From NCBI GenBank assembly GCA_027622665.1, contig JAQBYT010000045.1:1-31197 (forward strand): 31,197 nucleotides of DNA. Reading direction: 5' to 3'. Position 1 is the stretch's first letter. Each line of letters starts with the position of its first letter. This document shows, one piece after another, positions 8,299 to 17,779 of this stretch. The translations under genes were made by a program, and so were the position numbers. The DNA comes from Verrucomicrobiota bacterium. Lineage in GTDB: Bacteria > Verrucomicrobiota > Verrucomicrobiia > Opitutales > Seribacteraceae. The notes below the pieces were generated by a model. It worked only from the letters and a program-made list of their open reading frames with translations, was not told the origin of the DNA and made no database searches.

Positions 8299-8324
8299 AA
8301 CGACGAGAAAGATAAGAAAGTTTC
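8299..8324 (-). promoter_or_regulatory. Putative autoregulatory ECF promoter GAAAC-N17-CGTT of the sigma operon
   Basis: Minus strand GAAACTTTCTTATCTTTCTCGTCGTT just upstream of the sigma ORF. ECF genes are commonly autoregulated. Confidence 0.65.
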
Positions 8325-8492
8325 GGAGAAGGCAAAATTCATGACTGAAAGAGCAAGGCATTGTAACGGCATTTAAGAAATAGACGGCAAAATTCTCTTT
8401 TGAAAAGTTTTTAAGATGAACATGTAGACTTGCTTGCTAGCGTTACATATCTAACGTAACTCAAAACCTCTTTAACCCACAACTCCCTCATC

Positions 8493-9575
8493 ATGAAAAA
8501 TAGACAAACTCTCTCTCGTCGCCACTTCATTTCATCTGCAGCAACCGCTTCGATTGCAACTCCGATGATCTTGTCGGCAAAGAAAAGCCAATCCAAACAG
8601 CTGGTGATGGGAGAAGGCGAACACCGATTCGAGGTACACCACGATTGGGCCCAGCTCCCCGACAAATTCACTTGGCAGACCACGCACAACGTCGCCGTGG
8701 ACAAAGCGGGCAACGTTTACGTCATTCATGAGGGTCGAGCCAACCTCAAAGATCATCCATCGATTTTCGTATTCGACCCGAACGGCAAGTTCGTCCGCGC
8801 CTTCGGCAACCAGTTCCAAGGTGGCGGGCATGGTCTGGAAGTGCGACAGGAGGGCAATGAGGAATTTCTCTATGTGTGCGCCTACCAGAACGTGAAGGCC
8901 TTCGCCAAGCTCACCCTCAAGGGAGAAACGGTTTGGGAAAAATACGCCCCCATGGACAGTGGAGTCTACCGCAAGGACGAAGACACCGTTCGCGTAAAGC
9001 GTTGGGGACGCGACGCCTTCCTTCCGACCAATTTCGCCTTTCTAGATGATGGAGGATTCCTGCTGGCCGACGGCTACGGTTCCTTCTGGATTCATCGCTA
9101 TGACAAGGACGCCAACTGGGTGTCCAAGTTCGGTGGTCCGGGCAAGGGGGAAGGAAAATTCGCCACGCCGCACGGCATCTGGATCGACAGACGCCCCGGC
9201 CTCGATGAAAAAGTCGTCATCTGCGACCGAGCTCATGGCACCCTCCAACTACTGACTCTAGAGGGAAAGTATCTGGAAACCATCAAGGGATACGGCATGC
9301 CCGCCAACGTAGACACTTGGAAGAACCTCTTGCTGGTGCCCGAACTTCACGCCCGCGTCACCCTCCTGAACGAAAAGAACGAAGTTGTCGCCCACCTCGG
9401 CGACGACGTCGAGGGCGTGGTAAAGAAGAAAAAAGTATCCCGCGGCAACGCAAAGACTTGGGTCGACGGAAAGTTCGTCCACCCTCACGACGCCTGCTTC
9501 GGAGCCAACGGCGACATCTACGTCGCGGAGTGGGTTAGCACAGGTCGAGTTACCAAGCTGAAGAGACTATCATAA
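8493..9575 (+). CDS. Tat-exported NHL-repeat beta-propeller, peptidyl-alpha-hydroxyglycine alpha-amidating lyase (PAL)-like
   Basis: SRRHFI Tat motif, with HGL, ADGYG, TPHGI, CDR and HPHD motifs. Confidence 0.8.
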   Translation: MKNRQTLSRRHFISSAATASIATPMILSAKKSQSKQLVMGEGEHRFEVHHDWAQLPDKFTWQTTHNVAVDKAGNVYVIHEGRANLKDHPSIFVFDPNGKFVRAFGNQFQGGGHGLEVRQEGNEEFLYVCAYQNVKAFAKLTLKGETVWEKYAPMDSGVYRKDEDTVRVKRWGRDAFLPTNFAFLDDGGFLLADGYGSFWIHRYDKDANWVSKFGGPGKGEGKFATPHGIWIDRRPGLDEKVVICDRAHGTLQLLTLEGKYLETIKGYGMPANVDTWKNLLLVPELHARVTLLNEKNEVVAHLGDDVEGVVKKKKVSRGNAKTWVDGKFVHPHDACFGANGDIYVAEWVSTGRVTKLKRLS

Positions 9576-9591
9576 CGTTAAACATAACCGA

Positions 9592-10878
9592 ATGCGCCAC
9601 TTACCAATAAAGTCACAGCTATTCAAAGAGAACCGAAAACAACTCTCTGAGTTGCTCGTTGCAAAATCCTTAGCCGTCGTTAACGCCAACGACGTCTTGC
9701 CGACCAATGCCGACGGCAGTCTCGTCATGCACCCGAATTCCGATTTGTTTTACCTCTCGGGGATCGAGCAAGAGGAGAGCATTCTTTTGCTCTTCCCCGA
9801 TGCTTCCGACCCGAAATCACGAGAGGTTTTATTCGTAAGGGAACCGAACGAACATTTACAGATATGGGAAGGATACAAGCATTCCAAAGAAGATGCCCGT
9901 AAGATTTCGGGAATCCGAAACGTGAAATGGATTTCGGAGTTCCCGGGACTGTTCCGTATCCTAATGTGCGAGGCGACAAGCGCCTACTTGAACTGCAACG
10001 AGCACAAGCGGGCTGGAGTCGAGGTGGAAACCCGTGACGACCGCTTCATTAATCAATGCAAACGCGATTACCCTCTGCAAAACTTTCGAAGGTTGGCGCC
10101 CCTGCTGCACGATCTGCGAGTAGTGAAGAACCCGGTGGAGATCGACTTGCTCAAGGAAGCCGTATCGATCACGGAGAAAGGTTTTCGACGCATATTGAAA
10201 TTCGTAAAGCCCGGAGTAACGGAATACGAGGTGGAAGCGGAGTGGGCCCGAGAGTTCATTAGTAGAAGAGCAAAGTTCGCCTACTCTCCAATTATTGCAT
10301 CCGGCAAAAACAATTGCGTTTTGCATTATCTGCAAAACGACCAGACCTGCAAAAGCGGGCAACTTCTCTTGCTCGACGTGGGGGCTTGCTACGCCAACTA
10401 CAACGCAGACCTCACCCGAACCATTCCGGTCAGCGGCAAGTTCACCCGCAGGCAAAAACAGGTGTACAATGCCGTCCTTCGCGTCATTCGCGCGAGCATT
10501 GCCGGAGCAACGGTGGGGAAACTGCATAGCGACTGGCAGAAAGAATCGGAGGACATGATGACCGAGGAGCTCCTCAAGCTTGGCTTGCTGAAGCCTGCTC
10601 AAGTGAAGAAGCAAACGGCTGATCGACCCGCTGCAAAAAAATATTTCATGCATGGACTGGGACACCCACTCGGTCTGGACGTTCACGACGTAGGCGACTC
10701 GACCAAGCCGTTCGAAGCCGGATGCGTACTTACCGTGGAACCTGGAATTTACATACCCGAAGAAGGTTTCGGTGTTCGCCTTGAGGACGATATAGTAGTG
10801 ACCAACGATGGCCCCGTAAACCTAATGGCCAAGACACCCATCGAGACGGATGAAATCGAAGCCATCATGAATCGGTAG
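9592..10878 (+). CDS. pepP: Xaa-Pro aminopeptidase (M24B, aminopeptidase P)
   Basis: LHY, LLDVG, ADLTRT, HGLGHPLGLDVHD, TVEPGIY and GVRLEDD motifs. Confidence 0.93.
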   Translation: MRHLPIKSQLFKENRKQLSELLVAKSLAVVNANDVLPTNADGSLVMHPNSDLFYLSGIEQEESILLLFPDASDPKSREVLFVREPNEHLQIWEGYKHSKEDARKISGIRNVKWISEFPGLFRILMCEATSAYLNCNEHKRAGVEVETRDDRFINQCKRDYPLQNFRRLAPLLHDLRVVKNPVEIDLLKEAVSITEKGFRRILKFVKPGVTEYEVEAEWAREFISRRAKFAYSPIIASGKNNCVLHYLQNDQTCKSGQLLLLDVGACYANYNADLTRTIPVSGKFTRRQKQVYNAVLRVIRASIAGATVGKLHSDWQKESEDMMTEELLKLGLLKPAQVKKQTADRPAAKKYFMHGLGHPLGLDVHDVGDSTKPFEAGCVLTVEPGIYIPEEGFGVRLEDDIVVTNDGPVNLMAKTPIETDEIEAIMNR

Positions 10879-10975
10879 CCAACGAACCGCTTGCACTTTC
10901 GTCTACAGTAAACTTACCACATTTCCCATTGAGAGAAACCCTCTCTTGATTTTCAGTCCACTACCCACCGAGATC

Positions 10976-12517
10976 ATGAACAAGTCCCTCATAGTGTCTG
11001 TATTTGTACTTTTGCTTGCCCTCGGTAACAAGGCCTTTGCCAACAAGCCCAACGTCATCGTCATCATGGCGGACGATCTGGGCTATGGAGACATCGGGTG
11101 CTACGGTGCCAAACCGAAGAACCTGAAGACTCCGCATATCGATCGCCTAGCCAAAGAAGGACTGCGTTTCACCAATGGGTACTGCTCGGCTTCCACCTGT
11201 ACCCCTACGCGTTACTCCTTTCTCACAGGCACCTATGCCTTTCGCGGAAAAAACACCGGAATCGCACCTCCCAGCTCGCCGTTGATCATTCCCAAGGACG
11301 TTTACACCCTTCCCGACTTGATGCAAAAAGCGGGTTACAAGACTGCCGTAGTAGGAAAATGGCATCTTGGGCTAGGAGAAACTGGAGTGGGTCCTCAATG
11401 GAATGAGGAACTCAAGCCCGGCCCGCTCGAGATCGGTTTCGATTACAGCTTTCTTCTTCCCACCACCAACGACCGCGTCCCTCAGGTTTACGTCGAGAAC
11501 CACCGCGTGCTCAACCTAGACCCCAAGGACCCCCTCTGGGTGGGCCGGAAGAAACCCAGCCCGGATCACCCAACCGGAGTCACCCATCGAAAGACCTTGA
11601 AGATGGACTGGAGCCATGGACACAACTCGACCATCCACAACGGGATTAGCCGGATCGGTTTCTATACCGGCGGGCATGCAGCCCGCTTCAGAGACGAGGA
11701 TCTGGCTGACAAATGGGTCGAGAAATCAAACGAGTGGATCGCCAAGAACAAGGATAACCCCTTCTTCCTCTTTTTCGCCTCCCATGACTTGCACGTTCCC
11801 CGTATTCCGCACGAACGCTTCCAGGGCAAATCCGGAATGAGCTATCGTGGAGACGTCATTGTCCAGCTCGACTGGTGCGTGGGCGAATTGATCAAGACCC
11901 TTAAGAAACATGACTTGGAAAAAGACACCCTAGTCGTTTTCTGCTCGGACAACGGGCCGGTCGGGGACGATGGGTACAAGGATGAAGCTCTCGAGAAGAT
12001 GGGCGACCACAAGCCCGCCGGCCCCTACGGCGGCGGCAAGTACAGCGTGCTTGAGGGGGGAACCCGCACACCCTTCATCACCTACTGGCCCGGGACCATC
12101 GAGCACGGGGTCTCCGACAAGATGGTCTGCACCATCGACTTCGCGACCAGCCTCGCCAACCACCTAAAGGTTGAAATCCCCGAGGAGGCCTGCCTCGACA
12201 GCCTCGACGTCATGGATGCTCTTCTGGGCAAAAAGGGAGCAAAGGGGCGTACCCACCTGGTCCAGCAGGACAACGGACGGGGAGGCAACTACGGCTATCG
12301 CGTGGGCAACTGGAAACTGCAACGCCACGACTCCAAGAAAAAGCGAAATGTCGTGGTCAACCAGAAACTTGCGAATTCCCCAGCACCCCGGCTGGCCCTT
12401 TATGACCTGAGTAAGGATCCACGGGAAAAAAACAACTTGGCGGAGAAGAATCCCGAGATACTTAAAAAGATGAAGAACGAATTACAAAAGATCTTGGACG
12501 ACGGGCGATCGCGCTAG
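10976..12517 (+). CDS. Arylsulfatase (Cys-type formylglycine-dependent sulfatase), secreted
   Basis: Signal peptide from ATG 10976, with ADDLGYGD, CTPTR, GKWHLG and SDNG motifs. Confidence 0.95.
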   Translation: MNKSLIVSVFVLLLALGNKAFANKPNVIVIMADDLGYGDIGCYGAKPKNLKTPHIDRLAKEGLRFTNGYCSASTCTPTRYSFLTGTYAFRGKNTGIAPPSSPLIIPKDVYTLPDLMQKAGYKTAVVGKWHLGLGETGVGPQWNEELKPGPLEIGFDYSFLLPTTNDRVPQVYVENHRVLNLDPKDPLWVGRKKPSPDHPTGVTHRKTLKMDWSHGHNSTIHNGISRIGFYTGGHAARFRDEDLADKWVEKSNEWIAKNKDNPFFLFFASHDLHVPRIPHERFQGKSGMSYRGDVIVQLDWCVGELIKTLKKHDLEKDTLVVFCSDNGPVGDDGYKDEALEKMGDHKPAGPYGGGKYSVLEGGTRTPFITYWPGTIEHGVSDKMVCTIDFATSLANHLKVEIPEEACLDSLDVMDALLGKKGAKGRTHLVQQDNGRGGNYGYRVGNWKLQRHDSKKKRNVVVNQKLANSPAPRLALYDLSKDPREKNNLAEKNPEILKKMKNELQKILDDGRSR

Positions 12518-12557
12518 GTTCCAAATAAAAAGCGATAGTTCTCCCACAAAAGCCCAA

Positions 12558-13169
12558 ATGCGTTATCTTGTTGTTGCCACACTTTGGGCAACCATCTCAT
12601 CCCATGCCACGACTAGGGGATTTGCAGATTCCGAAAACTCCTGGGAGTCATCTGAGGATTCAGGCAATGGCTGGAGACAATCCAGTCGGTTCGGACTGTA
12701 TGACGAAACCCTCACCTCATGGATCTATCATCAGGATCATGACTGGTTGTACCGACACTCGGAAAACACCGAATCGATTTGGCTATACGATCCAGTGCTT
12801 GGCTGGCTTTGGACGACTGATTCGATCTATCCTTTCCTCTATCAGTATTCGGGATAGGAGTGACTCTATTACATAGTGGGAAGCTCCAACCCCAGAACCT
12901 TTTACGATTACAATCAGTTGAAGGTCAGAAATGAGGATGCATTGAAAGTCTCCAGTTCTTCCTCGACCTCCTACGAATGGGACCCTGTTGTTCATCTCTA
13001 TCCGGGCACGGACTGGAATGTGTCCGACATTGCAGTGAATTTTCGTTGGAAACGCCTTCTCCAGCAGGACAACCAAGACCAATACGTCGCCGCCCTAACC
13101 TTCCGCTTGCAAATGAGGACACCATGCAAAACGATCCTCAAAAAGGGAGATCTACACAATGATTGCTAG
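12558..13169 (+). pseudogene. Decayed gene for a secreted protein with a Trp-rich (WIYH...GWLWT...YP.LY...WLYY) domain
   Basis: ORFs 12558-12857 and 12876-13169 are in the same frame, separated by TAG (12855) and TGA (12861) in YQYSG*E*LYYIVGSSNPRTFYDY. Coding-like remnants continue to ~13460. Confidence 0.65.
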
Positions 13170-13490
13170 GGATTTGCTTTTTTTGTGGCCGATTGAGGGC
13201 ACCGTTGAGGGGATACAGGGGGGACCTCTATCATCGTCACATGGGAATACACGCTGTACATGGCAATCCGGCACGCACTTGTTCGACGAAGACTAGGTGT
13301 TCGTGCTCGACGGCGACCCAGGTCTCGGCCTGCGTCTGACCGATCTCCACGGATACCATTATATTGACGACCAGCTTACGGGAAGAACCTCTTGCAGGTT
13401 GTTATGAATCAACCGAATCAGGTTCTTCCCTTCACCTGATCCGTTCGACAAATCTTCTTGATCAAGGAAAGATCTTACACGGCAATCTAC

Positions 13491-13520
13491 TTGCCGGAAA
13501 ACGAGCGTGCACCCTAGGAT
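13491..13520 (+). promoter_or_regulatory. Putative promoter TTGCCG-N18-TAGGAT, 7 nt before the ATG (leaderless-type)
   Basis: Recurrent motif and spacing in this window. Confidence 0.55.
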
Positions 13521-13527
13521 GGGTCGG

Positions 13528-15606
13528 ATGAAAGCCTGCCTGCTCCTCTTTCTTTTTCCCCTGCTTTTATGCGGTCAAATTCTCGACCGAACGTACGTCG
13601 TTCTCTTCATGGCGGACGACATGGGCATGGGGGACACCTCCGCCTATCAATTCTTAACCAAGAACACGGACGAGCAACAACTCAAGACCCCGGCCATGCA
13701 AAGGTTGGCCAACATGGGAATGCTCTTCACAGACGCCCATACCCCGTCCTCCCGTTGCACCCCGACTCGCTACGGTTTGCTCACAGGTCGCTATCCTTGG
13801 CGGGCCCGGATGAAGCATTGGGTACTCTTCGGAGTGCAGGGAGATCCCCTGATCGAGTCCGACCGCCCAACCCTAGGAACACTCTTTCGTTCGCAAGGCT
13901 ATGCCACCGCCATGGTGGGTAAATGGCACCTCGGTCTGCGCTATACCCGCACGGATGACAAACCCGCGGCCGGCTGGGAAGATGCGGATCTGAGTAAGAA
14001 GGTCTTCGACGGTCCATATCAGCATGGGTTCGACTTTGCCCGGTTTACTTCCCGATCGCACGGCACCTCAGGACCGGATGCCAAGATTACGGGGACAAAA
14101 ACGGGCAAGAGGAAGAAAGGGGATAGAAACACCCCAACCCAATCGATCGGGCCAGGCCACGTTCACGAAGAAACCTCCGTAAGCGCGAACGGACAAGGCA
14201 AGCAACTCCATAAGGACGGGTCCAATGCCTATGACCTTCACTCCCTCGGTAGCCGACACTCCGATCACGCCATCTCTTTTCTCGACGATCACCTCGCTGG
14301 AAAGACCTCTTCCGGGAAACCCGTCTTTCTCTATTACCCGAGCAATTCCAACCACGGTCCCTACACCCCGGACAAGAAAATCGGGGGGGAAGCAGTCAAG
14401 GGAGCCGGACGCTCCATGTCCGGTCAACCAGTCTCGGTACGTCTAGATTACATATACGAGAACGACGTCGCCCTCGGTCGCCTGCTGGATTACTTGGAAA
14501 AGACGGATGACCCTAGGCGCAAGGGAAGGAAGTTGATGGAGAACACCATCGTGATCTTCACCTCGGACAATGGAGCAGAGGTCAAAGAAAAGACAGCCAC
14601 CGGACCCGTTCGAAGCAACAAGGGGAGCTGCTACGAAGGGGGACATCGCGTTCCTTTCATCGTTTCCTGGCCCCAAGGCAAGGTGGGGGATGGAAACCCA
14701 AATACGGCAGGCAAAAAAAGCGACCAACTGATCGGCCTGCAAGATTTATTCGCCACCTTCTCGGATGTTATGGGCGTTGCCCTGCCCGACTTACGAAAAG
14801 GGAAAACGGGCGCCGAGGACAGCCTAAGCCTTCTGCAAGCATGGCGGGGCAAACAGCTTCCGAATCGACCCATGTTCTTCAACGACCACAAGGAAAGCAA
14901 GGACGGGGCCGCCTCCGCCATGCGGATCGAAAACCCCAAGGTGGGAAGTAAAACCGTTCCAGGGAAATGGAAAATATTCTTCGATGCCTCCCTACTCCGT
15001 CGAGGCAATGCCAACCCGTCCGAGCTCTACGACCTAGCCACCGACCCAAGGGAAGAAAAGAACCGCTTGGGGGACGAGAGCCTGAAACCTCTCGTCAAAC
15101 GGCTTGTTTCCATCGCCCTCCTCCACCGTAACGCATGCGGACACCGCTTCGTTCCGCTCGTGCCTAAGAAGCGAATAAGCTTTGACTGGACCAAGCCTAT
15201 ACCATCCCCCTCTCCCATAGTGATGAACCTATCAACGAAGGGCGGAAAAGCCTCCATCGACCCGGATGGCGTGGGGATTCCAGGCCTAGGATCTCCGAAG
15301 GTCGACTCAGGCCAAGGCGTGACCTTGCGCTTCCAACAGGACGTCCTCGTCGAGTCGGTCGGTTTGAAGGCAGGCAACGACGGAACATGCGGTGGAAGCG
15401 TGCGGATGGGGAAACGAGCCCCGCTCGCCATCTACTGCACGGACAAGGACAATGACGCCAAGGACCAACAGGGAATCATCAGCGACCTGGGCATCCTGAA
15501 AGCGGGCGAGACGCTTGTTCTCGAGGCTGACCCGCACTTCGGCGTGGAGTCACCGGGAAGCTGGAAACTCCAATCCCTTGTCGTTCGTCCATTGGCCCAA
15601 GAATAG
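13528..15606 (+). CDS. Cys-type sulfatase with a C-terminal extension of unknown function
   Basis: ADDMGMGD, CTPTR, GKWHLG, SDNG, YEGGHRVP and LYDL..DP.E motifs, plus ~140 extra C-terminal residues. Confidence 0.92.
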   Translation: MKACLLLFLFPLLLCGQILDRTYVVLFMADDMGMGDTSAYQFLTKNTDEQQLKTPAMQRLANMGMLFTDAHTPSSRCTPTRYGLLTGRYPWRARMKHWVLFGVQGDPLIESDRPTLGTLFRSQGYATAMVGKWHLGLRYTRTDDKPAAGWEDADLSKKVFDGPYQHGFDFARFTSRSHGTSGPDAKITGTKTGKRKKGDRNTPTQSIGPGHVHEETSVSANGQGKQLHKDGSNAYDLHSLGSRHSDHAISFLDDHLAGKTSSGKPVFLYYPSNSNHGPYTPDKKIGGEAVKGAGRSMSGQPVSVRLDYIYENDVALGRLLDYLEKTDDPRRKGRKLMENTIVIFTSDNGAEVKEKTATGPVRSNKGSCYEGGHRVPFIVSWPQGKVGDGNPNTAGKKSDQLIGLQDLFATFSDVMGVALPDLRKGKTGAEDSLSLLQAWRGKQLPNRPMFFNDHKESKDGAASAMRIENPKVGSKTVPGKWKIFFDASLLRRGNANPSELYDLATDPREEKNRLGDESLKPLVKRLVSIALLHRNACGHRFVPLVPKKRISFDWTKPIPSPSPIVMNLSTKGGKASIDPDGVGIPGLGSPKVDSGQGVTLRFQQDVLVESVGLKAGNDGTCGGSVRMGKRAPLAIYCTDKDNDAKDQQGIISDLGILKAGETLVLEADPHFGVESPGSWKLQSLVVRPLAQE

Positions 15607-15668
15607 GAACAAGAACTTGTCCACGGAAACCGTTCTCTCGGGCATCGCATAAGAAAGCTGAGCTTCTT

Positions 15669-17630
15669 CTATTCCTCAATCTCTTCGGGATTGAATACTC
15701 GAAAATAAAGCTGACGGTATACGAGAAAGTTCACCCAGTTGCGCAATGCGTATCCGCAATTCTGCAAATTCGCTTCACTGTAATCGTTTGATTTACCTCC
15801 GCTTGGGTGTACGCCGTCCCGGGAAATGAGCGTGCCATCCCATGCACCTTCCGGGCGACGCCGGATACATTCGGAATAAAAGTCCGCGAGAGGCACCTGA
15901 AGGCTCGCGGCTACTTCGCGAATAATCCGATTGGCATCGGCAACCGCCTCCTCACGACCGCGCCGAGGTGGGATTGTGTTAAGGATCGGCACGCAACCCG
16001 CAGCCATGCATTTTCGAACGACTTGCTCGAGGCGCTCGCGATAAAGCTCGGGAACTCGCCCGCCCGAAACGTCGTTCGTGCCGATCATGATAATTGCCGC
16101 TTCGGGCTTATCTCGCTCGATAACGGCATCCATGGACTTCAAAAGTTGTCCGACCTGCCATCCCGAATAATTAGCATGCTTTGGCCCTTTGTCACGAGTC
16201 CCCTTGAAGTAGTCGCGCCAGCGCATCTTGCCGGGTCGCTTGGGAAGACCGTCATCGCGGGTCAGATACCGTTGGGGCTCGTCCCATCCCATCGCCGACC
16301 AGAAGGCCATCGAATAAGTTATTGAATCCCCGAACTGGGCAACGTACCCGGGTTGACCCTTGAATCGCCGGTGAACCTTGTGCATGGCGGCCAAGATTTC
16401 GGGTGACTGAATGCCCGGCTTCAACCGCCCTGCCGCCACTCCTTCCTTGAGCGCCTTGACTCGCTCGGGAAGTTCCACCGCTTGAAGAACTGCGTGTTCA
16501 TCAAGGAAAGTCTGGCCTGCTTCCGATTTAGCTAGAGAAGTACGAACAATTTGGTCGATGTGCACATTACCAATTAGCTCGATGGCGCTGTCGCTGGTAA
16601 TATTTATTGGTGGTCCGACCACGAGGTTTCCTTTGACGAGCAACCCGTCATTTTTGAGCTGAACCAAGATCGGACGCCTCGGCCTGGGAGCCGGGTCATG
16701 AATGGTATTCCCTTCAATCCGACAGTCTCGAGTGTAACACGCCAAGATACCCGTCTCCGGGCATTGGGAGATGAAATTGTTTCGGGCCACGCAATTAATT
16801 GCTTGCAAGGGAGAATAACCAAGTGACGGGTTGCCCAACGCAATTGCCACGTCGCAATCGATGAATACGTTGCGCTCAATTTTGCAACCACGACCGTTTT
16901 CCGAAATGTAAATGCATCCACGACCCTCCCGAGTGCGTCCTTGGATGCCTAGGAAGACATTGTCGCTTATCGTCCAGTCGATCGTATTCTTGACGTCAAT
17001 CCCACCAATGTAATTCCCATTGAACGAGTCGGCCGTATCGGTCTCGTCATCCGCAAACTGTTTGGGGCGATCATTGTAAAACAGGCAATATTGAATGCGA
17101 CATTCTCGAGGTCCCCGAGCGCCTTTCTCCTTCGGCATAGCCGGCGCTTTGACGCCACGTTGCCAAACGTTCTGGATGACGCAGTTGTAAATCGTCGCCT
17201 TTTCCGCGCCTCGATCCGAATTGATCTTGAACCCGTTCCACTTGACGTTCCGGATAGTCAGATCCGCAACCGTAACGCCCTTGGCGCCCGTGATGCCTAC
17301 CAGTTCGCCATGCCGACTCGATGCACCGTCAAGAATGACCTTATGCCGATCACCGGATGCGCTTCTGAGAGTTACGTTGTCAGTCGTGATTTCAAAGTAA
17401 CGAGGCATCAAGTAATGCCCATCCGCCAGCAGTATGGCCCCCCCCGGTGCGACGTCTTTGGCCGCTTGGAACAATTCATTAACAGTTTTTACCTGAATAA
17501 CTTCACCGGAAGGCTTCGGTAGCGAAGGTGCTTTGGGAAACCAAGGTTGGTCGGGAATCCCGCCAAACCCATTCGACGCCACGACAAGAAATAAGAAAAT
17601 CGAGGTCCACCCATATAAGAAATATCTCAT
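15669..17630 (-). CDS. Secreted right-handed parallel beta-helix + SGNH/GDSL hydrolase fusion
   Basis: N-half has PbH1-like repeats (ISDNVF, IERNVF, ARNNFI, IEGNTI). C-half has FGDSITY, IGTND and DGVHP. Signal peptide from ATG 17630. Confidence 0.85.
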   Translation of the reverse strand: MRYFLYGWTSIFLFLVVASNGFGGIPDQPWFPKAPSLPKPSGEVIQVKTVNELFQAAKDVAPGGAILLADGHYLMPRYFEITTDNVTLRSASGDRHKVILDGASSRHGELVGITGAKGVTVADLTIRNVKWNGFKINSDRGAEKATIYNCVIQNVWQRGVKAPAMPKEKGARGPRECRIQYCLFYNDRPKQFADDETDTADSFNGNYIGGIDVKNTIDWTISDNVFLGIQGRTREGRGCIYISENGRGCKIERNVFIDCDVAIALGNPSLGYSPLQAINCVARNNFISQCPETGILACYTRDCRIEGNTIHDPAPRPRRPILVQLKNDGLLVKGNLVVGPPINITSDSAIELIGNVHIDQIVRTSLAKSEAGQTFLDEHAVLQAVELPERVKALKEGVAAGRLKPGIQSPEILAAMHKVHRRFKGQPGYVAQFGDSITYSMAFWSAMGWDEPQRYLTRDDGLPKRPGKMRWRDYFKGTRDKGPKHANYSGWQVGQLLKSMDAVIERDKPEAAIIMIGTNDVSGGRVPELYRERLEQVVRKCMAAGCVPILNTIPPRRGREEAVADANRIIREVAASLQVPLADFYSECIRRRPEGAWDGTLISRDGVHPSGGKSNDYSEANLQNCGYALRNWVNFLVYRQLYFRVFNPEEIEE

Positions 17631-17779
17631 ATGATCTCGGAAACTTAAATCCTTCGATCCATCAAGACTATTCCAAGCATTTCCTGACATTCGACAGGAA
17701 GGGGACCACAGAGGAACTTTAAGTCTTGAACGCCGGACTTGTTTCCAAAGAGTAAATCCCCCGTGAACACCAATCTATC

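Noticed and set aside
8446..8461. Short palindrome CGTTA...TAACG upstream of the NHL gene
   Set aside because: Only 5-bp arms, single occurrence, expected by chance.
12855..12863. Stop-codon recoding (TGA=Trp/Sec or TAG=Gln/Pyl)
   Set aside because: TGA and TAG terminate many intact genes in this window, and other lesions follow, so decay is more parsimonious.
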